A stretch of DNA of 64,000 bases, taken from Planctomycetota bacterium. GTDB taxonomy: Bacteria > Planctomycetota > B15-G4. This document shows, in pieces, positions 36,935 through 46,974 of the stretch. The position numbers and the translations under genes are program-made. Under the pieces are notes generated by a model. The model was not told the DNA's origin and did not search any database. It worked only from the letters and a program-made list of their open reading frames with translations. The stretch lies in NCBI GenBank assembly GCA_038212275.1, contig JBBQUR010000003.1, positions 32,001 to 96,000 of the forward strand. The letters are read 5' to 3'. Position 1 is the stretch's first letter, and the number at the start of each line of letters is the position of its first letter.

Positions 36935-38475
36935 GGGTCGAGCTCCGCCGTTTCGCCATGCACGGCGCCGAGCCATTCACCCGGAACGCTGGCCTGACTG
37001 GTGATGCCGGTCGATCCGCTCGCGCTCTGCCCGTCGTCCATCGCCAGCGTCAACGAGACCTTCGAGACGGGTTCGTGCTCGACGGTGCGGGAGATGCGCT
37101 GCAGGCCCTTCAGCTTGAAGGGCACGGATGCGGCCGCCGGCTGCAATGCGCCGTAGGCCGAGATGGCCTGGGCCACGCCGGTGTTGCTGGCCGAGCCGAG
37201 ACTTCCCGCGCCGACGAACACCACGCCGGGACCCGCCATGCTCAGCACGAGCGTGTAGGCGCGGCCGGGGAGGATCATCGCGCCGAGCGGCGAGATGTCG
37301 AAGGCGAACTCGACCGGCGTGGCATTGAGGTTCAGCGTGTAGACGCTCGTCGCCGACCAGTGATCGCCGCAGGAGCCGAAGTAGTCGCCGTGGGCCAGGT
37401 GCGCGTCCACGGCGGACGGCGAAATCGTGATCGAGTGGGCGTTGGCCGGGTTGCCCGGCGGCACGTGGCACATGACGACCTTGCCGGAGGCCGTCGTCGC
37501 CGCACATTCCGCCGCACCGTGGTTGTGAGTCGTGTGCGTGCTCATTCCGATGCCGGTGGCTACCCAGCTCGCGCTGCCGAGCGGGAGCGCCTGCGACACC
37601 AGCGTCATCGAAGCCAGCTGCGGCCCCACGGGGCGCGCATCGTCAGGTGCCCGCGCCTCGAAGAGCTGGATGGTCACGTCGGGATACACCTGCGTATCGG
37701 GCTGGGCCGAGCAGGCTCCCAGCAGGTCGCCGTGGGCCAGGTGGGCACTCAGCGCATTGATGCTGATGTTCAGCGAGTGGGCGTTGCCCGGGTTTCCCGG
37801 AGGCACGTGGCAGATCTGCACCTTGTGTCCGCCGCCACCGCCACCGGAAATGGCAATGTTGGGATCGGACGGGATGTTGCCCACATAGGACAGCGAGATG
37901 ACCAGGGTCTCGAGCGCTGCATACACCGTCTTCTCGTCGACACCCTGGACGACGTCGTACTGATCGGGGACGACCGACGACAGCGTGAAGCCGAGCGCCA
38001 GGGGCAGGCCGCTCTCGAGTCCGAGTGTCGTGGGCGAGACGGCGGCGGGCACCTGCCACCAGGTGCGATAGGCATCCACCGGCGTGTCTTCACGCAGCCG
38101 GTGCATGCTCTCCGTCTGGATCGACAGTCCGGCGACGCCCGTGAGCAGCGTGCCGCTCACGCCCGACGGACGCGTCAGGCGCAGCGCGCCGTCGACGACG
38201 GCAAAGCTGGTGCGGCCACCCAGCGCGTCGATCACGTCGAGCTGGGCATCGTCCGGTTGCTCGACCGTCCACGCGTAGCGCGCCATGTCCGTCATGAGGG
38301 CGACGGCTTCTTCGGGGCCCTGATCCGATTCCGCTCGCACGGCCTCGACCTCGCGGCCGAAAAGTCCAAGCGCCTGCGAGAGGCCTGCCACGACCATCGA
38401 CGTGATGGCGGCCACCGCAAGAAGTTCAACCAGGGAGAATCCGGCCGCTGATCGCCGCTGCACTGCCTGCGCCAT
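36931..38475 (-). CDS. Large prepilin-type protein (PilW/GspJ-like) with two Cys/His micro-domains
   Basis: AG|FSLVELLAVAAI; two 38-aa KVxxCHVPPGNPxNAH...AHLAHGDxxGxC copies. Confidence 0.85.
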   Translation of the reverse strand: MAQAVQRRSAAGFSLVELLAVAAITSMVVAGLSQALGLFGREVEAVRAESDQGPEEAVALMTDMARYAWTVEQPDDAQLDVIDALGGRTSFAVVDGALRLTRPSGVSGTLLTGVAGLSIQTESMHRLREDTPVDAYRTWWQVPAAVSPTTLGLESGLPLALGFTLSSVVPDQYDVVQGVDEKTVYAALETLVISLSYVGNIPSDPNIAISGGGGGGHKVQICHVPPGNPGNAHSLNISINALSAHLAHGDLLGACSAQPDTQVYPDVTIQLFEARAPDDARPVGPQLASMTLVSQALPLGSASWVATGIGMSTHTTHNHGAAECAATTASGKVVMCHVPPGNPANAHSITISPSAVDAHLAHGDYFGSCGDHWSATSVYTLNLNATPVEFAFDISPLGAMILPGRAYTLVLSMAGPGVVFVGAGSLGSASNTGVAQAISAYGALQPAAASVPFKLKGLQRISRTVEHEPVSKVSLTLAMDDGQSASGSTGITSQASVPGEWLGAVHGETAELDP

Positions 38476-38665
38476 GGGAATGACCTTCGGGAAGTTCCTG
38501 CTCCAGCGACAGGGGCAGTTCGCATTCCCGGAGTGGTGACTTGAGTCGCCTGCCGATCTCCACGCCGCAGCCGGCTGGGCCCGAGGGCGCGCTTGTCGGT
38601 CGGGCGGTCGGAGGCGCAGGGCGAACGCGCCGGTCGGAAGCGCAGGTCGGGAGGGCCGGGCGCCG

Positions 38666-39667
38666 TTACGGCGTCACGGCCTTGACCGCGTTGCTCAGCG
38701 ACACCCCGTGGGGCCCCGCGATGTCCTGGATCGCGAACTGGAAGTAGAGCGTCGTGGCCGACGGGATGCCGGCGGGCCAGATCCATGGAAGTGTGAGCGC
38801 GCCCGAGGCATCGGTCCCCAGGGTGAACATCGCGGTCACCGGCACCGTGGCGAGCACGCCGCCCTTGAACGGCGTCGGCGTGCTGGCCAGCGACAGGAAG
38901 AGCACGGCCAGCGACGACGGCCGTGCGTTCAGCAGCGCGAGATTCCCCGACGAGCCCGCCGCCAGCGTGCCCGTGCCGAGGAGGCACGGAATTCCCGTCA
39001 CGCCGCCGAGCCCGAAGCCCAGAGTGGTCCACGGCCCGCTCGCCGTCGGCCCGGTTAGCAGGCTCACGTTGTCGAGGAACTCGGTGTCCGGGCCATTCAG
39101 GTACTCGGCGCGGATGTACAGGTGCTCGACTGCGGAGAGCACGCACTGCATCTGCTGGGCGCTGGCCGGCGGCCCGGCGATGGCGCCGACCGTCCAGCCC
39201 GTTTCGGACATCGGGATGGAGAAGTGCGTGAAGGCCGGAACCGGCGCGCCGCCGAGCGCGTGCACCAGCGTCAGTCCGCCGCCGATGAGCAGGACGTCCT
39301 CCTGCGTGAAGGCCGGGTAGGTGCTGGAGTTGGCGAGGTCGAGTTCCAGCGAACCGCCGTAGGCAGCCGAGCGATCGCCGAGATAGGCGGCAGGTGCCAC
39401 CCAGTACTGGGCATTGCCTGTCTGCCCCGATCCATCGGGGTCGTTCAGTTTGATGTAGCCGCCGAGACTGGAGACCCAGGTGGGTGAGTAGGTCCCGAGA
39501 ATGGTCGGAGGGAGTGCGCTCGGATAGGGGAGCGTGATGCTCAACCAACCCTCCGCGCCGGAAACGAAGCTGCTCTCGGCGAGTGGTGCGCCGGGGACCT
39601 GAGCCTCCGCGCGCGCCGTGACGAGCGCCGCCGCGGCAAGGACGAGGGACGGGATGATACGCGGCAT
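38666..39667 (-). CDS. Secreted laminin B (laminin IV)-like domain protein with C-terminal beta domain
   Basis: GGAGG RBS; signal peptide ending AEA-Q; YWVAP.AYLGD.S.AYGG.L, DV.L.GGG..L, W...F/M..VLS.V..L.IRAEY...LDNVSL matches the laminin-B pattern. Confidence 0.8.
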   Translation of the reverse strand: MPRIIPSLVLAAAALVTARAEAQVPGAPLAESSFVSGAEGWLSITLPYPSALPPTILGTYSPTWVSSLGGYIKLNDPDGSGQTGNAQYWVAPAAYLGDRSAAYGGSLELDLANSSTYPAFTQEDVLLIGGGLTLVHALGGAPVPAFTHFSIPMSETGWTVGAIAGPPASAQQMQCVLSAVEHLYIRAEYLNGPDTEFLDNVSLLTGPTASGPWTTLGFGLGGVTGIPCLLGTGTLAAGSSGNLALLNARPSSLAVLFLSLASTPTPFKGGVLATVPVTAMFTLGTDASGALTLPWIWPAGIPSATTLYFQFAIQDIAGPHGVSLSNAVKAVTP

Positions 39668-39808
39668 GCTGGCCTCCGGAATTCAGGTGTGTTGGAGGGC
39701 CAGCTCCTCGCCGAGCCCTGAGACTTCATCGGGAGTCGGCCGAGAGTGTGACAGGGCGGGCGCGCGGCCCGTAGACCCTGTCGTGGCCGCGGCCGGACCA
39801 GAAGCGCA

Positions 39809-41128
39809 TCACCTTCCCGGCTCGTGCTCCGGCTCCGTCGGAAAATCCTCCGGCGAGGGGCCCGTCAGCGCGGTGGGGTGGCCCACATACCACTGGTAGG
39901 TGGCGGTCCAGCGCTTGTCCGCGACGAAGTCGCCGGCCTTCAGGCGGCCGCCGAACTCGCGCGCGAGGTCCAGCATCGGGTCGTGCACCGGCTGCGCCAG
40001 CACCCAGGTCGACCACTCGCGGTCCAGCGCAGCCAGGTCGATGCCCTCGAACACCCGCGCCGTGGACTCTGCGAAGTTCTTGCTGTCCTTGAAGTCAGCG
40101 AGCAGCTTCGGGATGAGCTCGCGGTAGCGCTTGTCCACGTGCTGCATGAGGAAGTGCACCATCGACCAGCCTTGCGCGTACGACGCCGCGGGGTTGACGT
40201 AGTACTGCTTCTGCCCGTAGCCGAGCATGGTGCCGAAGCCGACCGTGGCGCCCTCGGCCATCGCGCGGCGCAGCGTGCGCAACCGGAGTGCGTTGAGTTC
40301 GCCGAGGCGGTAGCCGTGCGTGGCGTCGCGATCGCCGTCGCGCGTGGCGGTGGAGAACCAGTCGCCGATGCCCTCGTCCAGCCAGGCCGGCATGTCCACG
40401 ACCGACACCGTGTAGGCGCGGAAGTACTGGTGCCAGCCCTCGTGCGACAGCACGCGCGCCGTGTCCATCGTCCAGGCGTCGGTGATGGCCTCGAACAGCG
40501 GGTCGAGGCGCTGGCGATCGGAAAGCGAGAGCCGGTCCGCGACGCCGATGCGCAGCCCGATCTGCGCGGGCACGTCGCGACTGCCGAGAATGACACCCGT
40601 GTCGAAGGCGACCAGCTCGCCGTGCTCCGGGTCGAAGTAGGCGGCACGGGCGTCGCCCTCCTCGTCGCCGGAGTAGCGCAGATACTCGTCGCGATCGCGG
40701 AAAATCTTCAGCACGAAGTCGTCCTGCGTGCGACGCATCGGCAGGAAGCGCTGGTAGAGATCGAGCATCGCCTCGAGGTGCGCCGCGAGCCGGGTGGCCT
40801 TCACCTTCCCGACCTGGCTCTGCACCTGATAGTGCGCCGTGTTGATCACCACCCAGCCCTCGGGCGGCCGGCTCTTGCCCCACTTGCCGGGGCGCACGAC
40901 GTCGTCGGCCGCGGCACGCGGGGCCGCCGGCACGCAGGCGCGCGCCTCGGGCGCTGCAAACACTGCGATCAGCGCGACTGGGCCGACCGAGCCGACCGAG
41001 CCGGCCAAGCATGCGAAGGCGATCAGCCCGACCGAGCCGAGCGAGCCGAGCGAGATGGCCGAGGCGAGCGAGATGGCCGAGATGGCCGAGGCGACCAGGC
41101 TCCACACGGCGAGCACCGGGCGGCGCAT
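39809..41128 (-). CDS. DUF1570-like secreted zinc metallopeptidase, paralog 2
   Basis: HEGWHQYF...PAWLDEGIGDWF (gluzincin-type), YAQGWSMVHFL. Confidence 0.8.
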   Translation of the reverse strand: MRRPVLAVWSLVASAISAISLASAISLGSLGSVGLIAFACLAGSVGSVGPVALIAVFAAPEARACVPAAPRAAADDVVRPGKWGKSRPPEGWVVINTAHYQVQSQVGKVKATRLAAHLEAMLDLYQRFLPMRRTQDDFVLKIFRDRDEYLRYSGDEEGDARAAYFDPEHGELVAFDTGVILGSRDVPAQIGLRIGVADRLSLSDRQRLDPLFEAITDAWTMDTARVLSHEGWHQYFRAYTVSVVDMPAWLDEGIGDWFSTATRDGDRDATHGYRLGELNALRLRTLRRAMAEGATVGFGTMLGYGQKQYYVNPAASYAQGWSMVHFLMQHVDKRYRELIPKLLADFKDSKNFAESTARVFEGIDLAALDREWSTWVLAQPVHDPMLDLAREFGGRLKAGDFVADKRWTATYQWYVGHPTALTGPSPEDFPTEPEHEPGR

Positions 41129-41131
41129 CTC

Positions 41132-42400
41132 TCAGATCCCCGGCGCGCAACGGGCGGGGACTGCGCCCGGCGGGCGGGGCGGGTTGCCGGGCGCGCCCTC
41201 CGGAGTCTCGCCGGCGGGCGTGTCGACGGCGGGCTCCGCGGGGTGCTTCACATGCCATGTGTAGACAGTGAGCCAGCGCTTCTCGCCGGTGAAGTCCTCC
41301 GGTTTGAGGCGGCCGCCGAATGCGCGCGCCAGTGTCCGCAGCGGATCGACCGGCTTCTGCTCGAGCGCCCAGCTGATCCAGGCCTTGTCCAGCGCGTCCA
41401 TGTCGAGGCCCTTGAAGACCTTGGTCGTGGACTTCTGGAAGTTCTTGCTGTCCTTGAAGTCCTTGATGAACTTCGGGATCAGCTCGCGGAAGGCCGGCGT
41501 CTCGTTGTGCATCAGGAACTGCACCATCGACCAGCCCTGCGCGTAGTAGACGCCGGGATTCGCGTAGTACTCCTCCTGGGCGAAGCCGAGCAGCTTCTGG
41601 AAGCTGACGGCCGCGCCGTCGGTGAAGGCGCGCTGCAGCGTGCGCATGCGGCCCTGGTTGATGTCGCCGAGCCGGTAGCCGCTGGCATCGCCGTGCTGCT
41701 CGTCGCGCGAGGCCATGAAGAAGTAGTCGCCGATGCCTTCATCGATCCACGCCGGCATGGTCACGATGGACGTCGTGTAGAAATGGAAGTACTGATGCCA
41801 GCCCTCGTGCGACAGCACGCGTGCCGTGTCCATCGTGTAGGCATCGGTGATCTCCTCGAAGAGCTCGGCGATCCGCGTCCGCTCTTCCGGCGTGAGGTCC
41901 TTCTCGGCTTCGGGGGTGAGGCCAAGCTGGGCCGGGATGTCGCGCTTGCCGAGGACGACCCCCGTGTCGTAGCCGACGAGCTCACCGGCGCCCTGGCTGT
42001 AGTAGGCGACGGCGCCGCCGTTACCGCCGTAGTCCACGAAGGCCTGCCGGTCCTTGAAGAGCTTGAGCACGAAGCCGTCGAGCTTCCGGTGCGTCGGCAG
42101 GAAGGATCGGTAAAGGTCGAGCATGGACTCGAGGTGGGCGGCGAGGGCCACGGCCTTGTCCTTCCCGCACTGGCTTTGCACCTGGTAGTGATCGGTCTCG
42201 ACGACCACCCAGCCCGGCGGCGCCTTCTTCGGGTTCCACTTGCCGGGACGCACGACCGGATCGCCGAGCGCGCGCGCGGCTTGAGTCGCCAGCAGGAGCA
42301 CCAGCAGCGCCGCGGCAAGACGCGCCACGCTTGCTCGCGACGCGCTCGTTCCGCGCGCGAGTGGCGCGGCTTGCGACGAGGCGTTGCGCGAAGCGTCCAT
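41132..42400 (-). CDS. DUF1570-like secreted zinc metallopeptidase, paralog 1
   Basis: HEGWHQYF...PAWIDEGIGDYF, YAQGWSMVQFL; signal peptide ending ARA. Confidence 0.8.
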   Translation of the reverse strand: MDASRNASSQAAPLARGTSASRASVARLAAALLVLLLATQAARALGDPVVRPGKWNPKKAPPGWVVVETDHYQVQSQCGKDKAVALAAHLESMLDLYRSFLPTHRKLDGFVLKLFKDRQAFVDYGGNGGAVAYYSQGAGELVGYDTGVVLGKRDIPAQLGLTPEAEKDLTPEERTRIAELFEEITDAYTMDTARVLSHEGWHQYFHFYTTSIVTMPAWIDEGIGDYFFMASRDEQHGDASGYRLGDINQGRMRTLQRAFTDGAAVSFQKLLGFAQEEYYANPGVYYAQGWSMVQFLMHNETPAFRELIPKFIKDFKDSKNFQKSTTKVFKGLDMDALDKAWISWALEQKPVDPLRTLARAFGGRLKPEDFTGEKRWLTVYTWHVKHPAEPAVDTPAGETPEGAPGNPPRPPGAVPARCAPGI

Positions 42401-42539
42401 GCTATAGTCCGCCGTCCTCTGGCAGCGCAGGGGTGGGCGCCGCCGAGTCGAGCGGGTCCCCTGCGGTGTGTGCGGCCTGCGGGCTGGTTCCCACCGACGC
42501 GCAGCGCGGGGTCAGCATAAGTCTTCCGCCCTGGAATGG

Positions 42540-44747
42540 ATGCCGATGGCGCTTGGTGTTGGTGGCAAGTGGTCCAAGGAACAGAGCAGCGAGCTCTACA
42601 ACCTGTCCGGCTGGGGCAGCCCCTACTTCTCGATCGCGGAGGACGGCGCGGTGCAGGTGCACCCCGCGGGTCCCGGCACGCCGACGGCGTCGCTGCCTGA
42701 CATCATCGCGTCGGCCAAGCGCCAGGGCATGTCCCTGCCGCTGCTGCTGCGCTTCGACGGCATCCTGCGTGAGCGCCTCAAGGTGCTCTCGGGCGCCTTC
42801 CGCAGCGCCGCCGAGGAGTACGGCTTTCCGGGCCGGCACCGGCCGGTCTATCCCATCAAGGTGAACCAGCAGCGGCACGTCGTGGAGACGCTCCTCGAAG
42901 CGGGGCGCGACATCGGCATGGGCCTGGAGGTCGGCAGCAAGCCGGAGCTGCTCGCCGTCGTGGCGCAGCTCGACCGCCCCAGCCTGATGATCTGCAACGG
43001 CTACAAGGACGAGGCCTACATGGAGATGGCCTGTCTCGCGGTGCGCCTCGGGCACGAGGTCGTCGTGGTCATCGAGAAGCCGTCCGAGATCGAGACCTTC
43101 TCGCGTGTCGTCGATCGCGAGGGCCGCAACGCGGCGCCCTTCGTCGGCCTGCGCAGCCGCCTCGCGACACGCGGCAGCGGCCGCTGGGAAAGCTCCTCGG
43201 GCGACCGCGCCAAGTTCGGCCTCTCGGCGGCGCAGCTCGTGGAGGCCGTGGGCTGGCTGCGCGACGTGAACCTTCTGGATCGCGTGCGCCTGCTGCACTT
43301 CCACATCGGCAGCCAGATCACGGCCATCCGGCCGTGGAAGGACGTGCTCAAGGAAGCCGTGCGGCTCTTCGTGGAGCTGCACCGCATGGGCTGCCCGCTG
43401 GACCTGTTCGACGTGGGCGGCGGCCTCGCCGTGGATTACGACGGCAGCCGCACGCGCTTCGACAGCTCGATGAACTACACCGAGCAGGAGTATGCCAACG
43501 ACGTCGTGTGGCACATCCACGATGCATGCACGAAGGCCGGCATCAAGAGCCCGGACATCGTCACGGAGAGCGGCCGCGCGCTCGTGGCGCACCACTCGGT
43601 CATGGCGGTGGAGGTCATCGGCGTGTCGCGGCTCTCGCGCGACGGCGTCATCGAGAAGGCCGGCCGCAACGAGAGCGACATCCTGCAGGAGGTGCGCGAC
43701 AATCTCTCGCGCCTCACGCGCAAGAACATGCTCGAGGTCTATCACGACGCCGTGAGCCTGCGCGAGGAGATGCTCTCGCGCTTCAACCTCGGCCTCGTGG
43801 ACCTTCCCACGCGCGCGCTGTGCGAGAACATCTTCTTCGCCACCTGCGACCGCGTCCTCAGCCTCGTGCGCACCCTGGACTACGTGCCCGACGAGTTCTC
43901 GGGCCTCGAGAAGCAGATCGCCGACACCTACTTCTGCAACTTCTCGGTCTTCCAGTCGGTGCCCGACCACTGGGCCATCCGCCACGTCTTCCCGTGCATG
44001 CCGATCCAGCGCCTCAACGAAGAGCCCACCGTGCGCGCCGTGCTGGGCGACATGACCTGCGACAGCGACGGCAAGATCGACCGCTTCCCGCACCAGCGCG
44101 ACGAGAAGCAGACGCTCGAGGTGCACACGCTGAAGCCCGGCGAGAGCTACGTCGTCGGCATCTTCCTCGTCGGCGCCTACCAGGAAATCCTGGGCGACCT
44201 GCACAACCTCTTCGGCGACACCGACACCGTGCACGTGGACTTCGACGCGGCCGGCAACGTGAAGATCGTGGACCGCCTGCAGGGCGAGCCGGTGGGCAAG
44301 GTGCTCTCCTACGTCGGCTACGACGAGGGCTGGCTGATGGCCCGCTACGACCGCTCGCTCGCCAAGCTGGTGGAGAAGGGCGACCTCACCCAGGCCGAGG
44401 CCGAGGAAGTGCGCGACGACCTCGTGAGCGGCCTGCGCAGCAACACCTACCTCACCGCGCGCTCGGTGCGCGCCGTGCGCCAGGACGACTTCGCGGAAAT
44501 GGACGTGGGCCCGACGGACAGCGGCCCGGCCGGCGGCTCAGGCGCGTCCGGCCCTGCGACAGGCAACGGCCACGTCGGCAACGGCTCCGGCGGGAGCAGT
44601 GCAGGCGCGACCAGCACCGGCGCGACCAGCACCGGTGGCGCGCAGGCAAGCGGCCTCCGCGGCGGCGCGATGGGTCTCGGCGGCACGACGCTGCCCACTC
44701 CGCCGAGCGCACCGCCCGCCGGCTCCCGCGAGCCGGTCGGGCGCTGA
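42540..44747 (+). CDS. speA: Biosynthetic arginine decarboxylase
   Basis: W...S.ELY...GWG.PYF, YPIKVNQ, GLEVGSKPEL, CNGYKD, KFGLS, HFHIGSQI, GGGL.VDYDG, NFSVFQS.PD.WAI, TCDSDG, GAYQEILGDLHNLFGDT; extra Gly/Ser/Thr tail. Confidence 0.96.
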   Translation: MPMALGVGGKWSKEQSSELYNLSGWGSPYFSIAEDGAVQVHPAGPGTPTASLPDIIASAKRQGMSLPLLLRFDGILRERLKVLSGAFRSAAEEYGFPGRHRPVYPIKVNQQRHVVETLLEAGRDIGMGLEVGSKPELLAVVAQLDRPSLMICNGYKDEAYMEMACLAVRLGHEVVVVIEKPSEIETFSRVVDREGRNAAPFVGLRSRLATRGSGRWESSSGDRAKFGLSAAQLVEAVGWLRDVNLLDRVRLLHFHIGSQITAIRPWKDVLKEAVRLFVELHRMGCPLDLFDVGGGLAVDYDGSRTRFDSSMNYTEQEYANDVVWHIHDACTKAGIKSPDIVTESGRALVAHHSVMAVEVIGVSRLSRDGVIEKAGRNESDILQEVRDNLSRLTRKNMLEVYHDAVSLREEMLSRFNLGLVDLPTRALCENIFFATCDRVLSLVRTLDYVPDEFSGLEKQIADTYFCNFSVFQSVPDHWAIRHVFPCMPIQRLNEEPTVRAVLGDMTCDSDGKIDRFPHQRDEKQTLEVHTLKPGESYVVGIFLVGAYQEILGDLHNLFGDTDTVHVDFDAAGNVKIVDRLQGEPVGKVLSYVGYDEGWLMARYDRSLAKLVEKGDLTQAEAEEVRDDLVSGLRSNTYLTARSVRAVRQDDFAEMDVGPTDSGPAGGSGASGPATGNGHVGNGSGGSSAGATSTGATSTGGAQASGLRGGAMGLGGTTLPTPPSAPPAGSREPVGR

Positions 44748-44839
44748 CCGCCTGACGCTGCCGGTCGCCTGCCTCCGGAACGGCCCGGTGGATCCTCCGG
44801 CCTCGATGACCGATCGTGGCTCGCACGGAGAATGCTGCC

Positions 44840-45640
44840 ATGTCCGGCGATGAAGCCCTCGTGCTGCTCGTGTCGGTCCTGCTCGGGCCGCTGGCGTGGG
44901 GCCTGTGGTTCTGGCGACTCTCGGGCCTGGACCGGACTGGCCGCCGTCGCCCCGTGATGGAAAGGCTGCTCGCGGTGCTCGCGGCCTGCGCCGCGGGCCT
45001 GCTGGCCGTGCTGCTCACGCTGGCCGCGCACGACGTGCGCGACTCCTTCGCCTACATCTGCCTGTATCTGCTGCTCGGCTCCGCGTGGTTGCGCATGTCC
45101 GAGCGCTGCCTGCCGTGGTTCGGCTTGAGCGTGCGCGACGACCTCGTCGAGCGCGGCAACGACGTGGTGCTGCCCGCGCTGGCGGGATTCCTCGGCGCGA
45201 TGACGCTGGCCTACGCGGGCGCCAACATCGGCGATGGCCCGGGTTGGTGGGTGGTCGTCGTCTGCGCGGGCCTCGCATCGCTGGCGGTGCTCCTGGCGTG
45301 GGCGGCGCTCGAGTGCTTCGCATCCGTCGCGGAGCAGGTCACGGTGGAGCGCGATCGCGCGGCGGGCTGGCGCCTCGGCGGCTTCCTGCTCGCGTGCGGC
45401 GCCATCGCGGGCCGCGCCGTGGCCGGCGACTGGATCTCCGCCGACGCGACGCTTCGCGACTTCGTCTTCCGCGCATGGCCATTGCTCATGCTGCTCGTCG
45501 CGGCGCTGCTGGTGGAGTTCGCCGCGAGGCCACGACCGGACCGCCTGCGGACGTCCTTCGCCGGGCTGGGCGCACTGCCTGCCTGCGCCTATCTCGCCCT
45601 CGCCGCAAGCGCCATCGCGGCCGAAGGCTGGCCGGCATGA
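44840..45640 (+). CDS. Multi-pass membrane protein, DUF350-like
   Basis: About 8 TM segments; two repeats of (D/E)..(V/T).ER.(N/D).A/V followed by G....., typical of DUF350. Confidence 0.6.
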   Translation: MSGDEALVLLVSVLLGPLAWGLWFWRLSGLDRTGRRRPVMERLLAVLAACAAGLLAVLLTLAAHDVRDSFAYICLYLLLGSAWLRMSERCLPWFGLSVRDDLVERGNDVVLPALAGFLGAMTLAYAGANIGDGPGWWVVVVCAGLASLAVLLAWAALECFASVAEQVTVERDRAAGWRLGGFLLACGAIAGRAVAGDWISADATLRDFVFRAWPLLMLLVAALLVEFAARPRPDRLRTSFAGLGALPACAYLALAASAIAAEGWPA

Positions 45641-46974
45641 GTCCGACCGCGACAGCAGACACGGGCGCCTTGCCCGGCGCACCCGCAGAACCGCGCACTG
45701 CAGACGCTGATCCGGCGGCGCTGTTCCTGCCGCCGGACCAGGCTGCCTCCCCGTGGTGCCAGGTGGCGTCGCTCCCTCCGGCGGACTTCGCGCGCATGCG
45801 GCGGCGAGCCATCTTTGAATGCTTCAAGTGGGACCCGCAGGTGCATGACGGCGGCACGTTGTCCGCCGCGCCACTCGTGCTGCGGCGTTCGGCGTGGGAT
45901 GAACTCGTGCCGCTTGCCGAAGCGCTCGCACGCGAACTCGCCGCAGCCGAGGCAGAACTCGTCGGCCGCCCGGACCTGCACCGGCGGCTCGGGCTGCCCG
46001 GTGGCGTGCGGGCCGCGCTCCGCGAGGCCGCGCGGAGCGGCCCGACCACCGGCGCCGCGCGCCTCGTGCGCTTCGACTTTCACCACACCGAGCAGGGCTG
46101 GCGCATCTCGGAAGCCAACTCGGACGTGCCCGGTGGCTTGAACGAGGCCAGCGGCCTGCCCGTGCTCTTCGCGCCGCACCATCCTGGCACCGCGGCCGTC
46201 GGCGATCCGGTGGCGCGCTACGTGGAGGCGCTGCTCGCCGCTGCGGGACCGTCCCCGACGATCGCCTTCGTCCACGCGACGGCGTACAGCGACGACCAGC
46301 AGATGCTCGCCTGCGTGGCGCAGTCGCTGCGTGCAGCCGGCGCGACGACGCACTTCGCCAGCCCCGCGCACCTGCGCTGGCGCGACGGCCGCGCGTGGCT
46401 CGTCGCCGACTGGTGGGAGGGACCGCTCGATCTGGTCGTGCGCTTCTTCCCCGGCGAATGGTTGCCCGGCCTGCCGCGAGGCTGCGGCTGGCGCGGGCTC
46501 TTCGCCGGCGGCCGCACGCCCGTCACCAACCCGGCCACCGCGCTGCTCACGCAGTCCAAGCGATTTCCACTCGTGTGGGATGCGTTGCGCACGGAGCTGC
46601 CTGCGTGGCGCGCGCTGCTGCCCGAGACGCGCGATCCGCGCGACGCGCCGTGGCGCCGCGACGAGAGCTGGGTGCTCAAGCCCGCGCTCGGCCGCGTCGG
46701 CGACGGCATCGGGCTGACCGGAGTCGTGCCGCCGCGCGAGCTGCGCCGCATCCGCCGCGCCGCAACGTGGCATCCGCGCGAGTGGGTCGCGCAGCGACGC
46801 TTCGCATCGCAGCCGCTGCTGCACGAGGGCCTCCCGCGCCACGCCTGCCTCGGCGTCTACACCATCGACGGCCGCGTGGCCGGCGCCTACGGCCGCGTCG
46901 CGACCCGGCCGCTCATCGACGGCGACGCGCAGGACGCCGCCGTGCTCGTCACGGACAGCGTGCTCCGATGGTGA
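45637..46974 (+). CDS. Glutathionylspermidine-synthetase-like (circularly permuted ATP-grasp) ligase
   Basis: ATGA overlap at 45637; RFDF.......ISEANSDVPGG, NP...LL.QSK, WVLKP.LGR.G.GI, WVAQR.F, G.Y.R. Confidence 0.82.
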   Translation: MSPTATADTGALPGAPAEPRTADADPAALFLPPDQAASPWCQVASLPPADFARMRRRAIFECFKWDPQVHDGGTLSAAPLVLRRSAWDELVPLAEALARELAAAEAELVGRPDLHRRLGLPGGVRAALREAARSGPTTGAARLVRFDFHHTEQGWRISEANSDVPGGLNEASGLPVLFAPHHPGTAAVGDPVARYVEALLAAAGPSPTIAFVHATAYSDDQQMLACVAQSLRAAGATTHFASPAHLRWRDGRAWLVADWWEGPLDLVVRFFPGEWLPGLPRGCGWRGLFAGGRTPVTNPATALLTQSKRFPLVWDALRTELPAWRALLPETRDPRDAPWRRDESWVLKPALGRVGDGIGLTGVVPPRELRRIRRAATWHPREWVAQRRFASQPLLHEGLPRHACLGVYTIDGRVAGAYGRVATRPLIDGDAQDAAVLVTDSVLRW

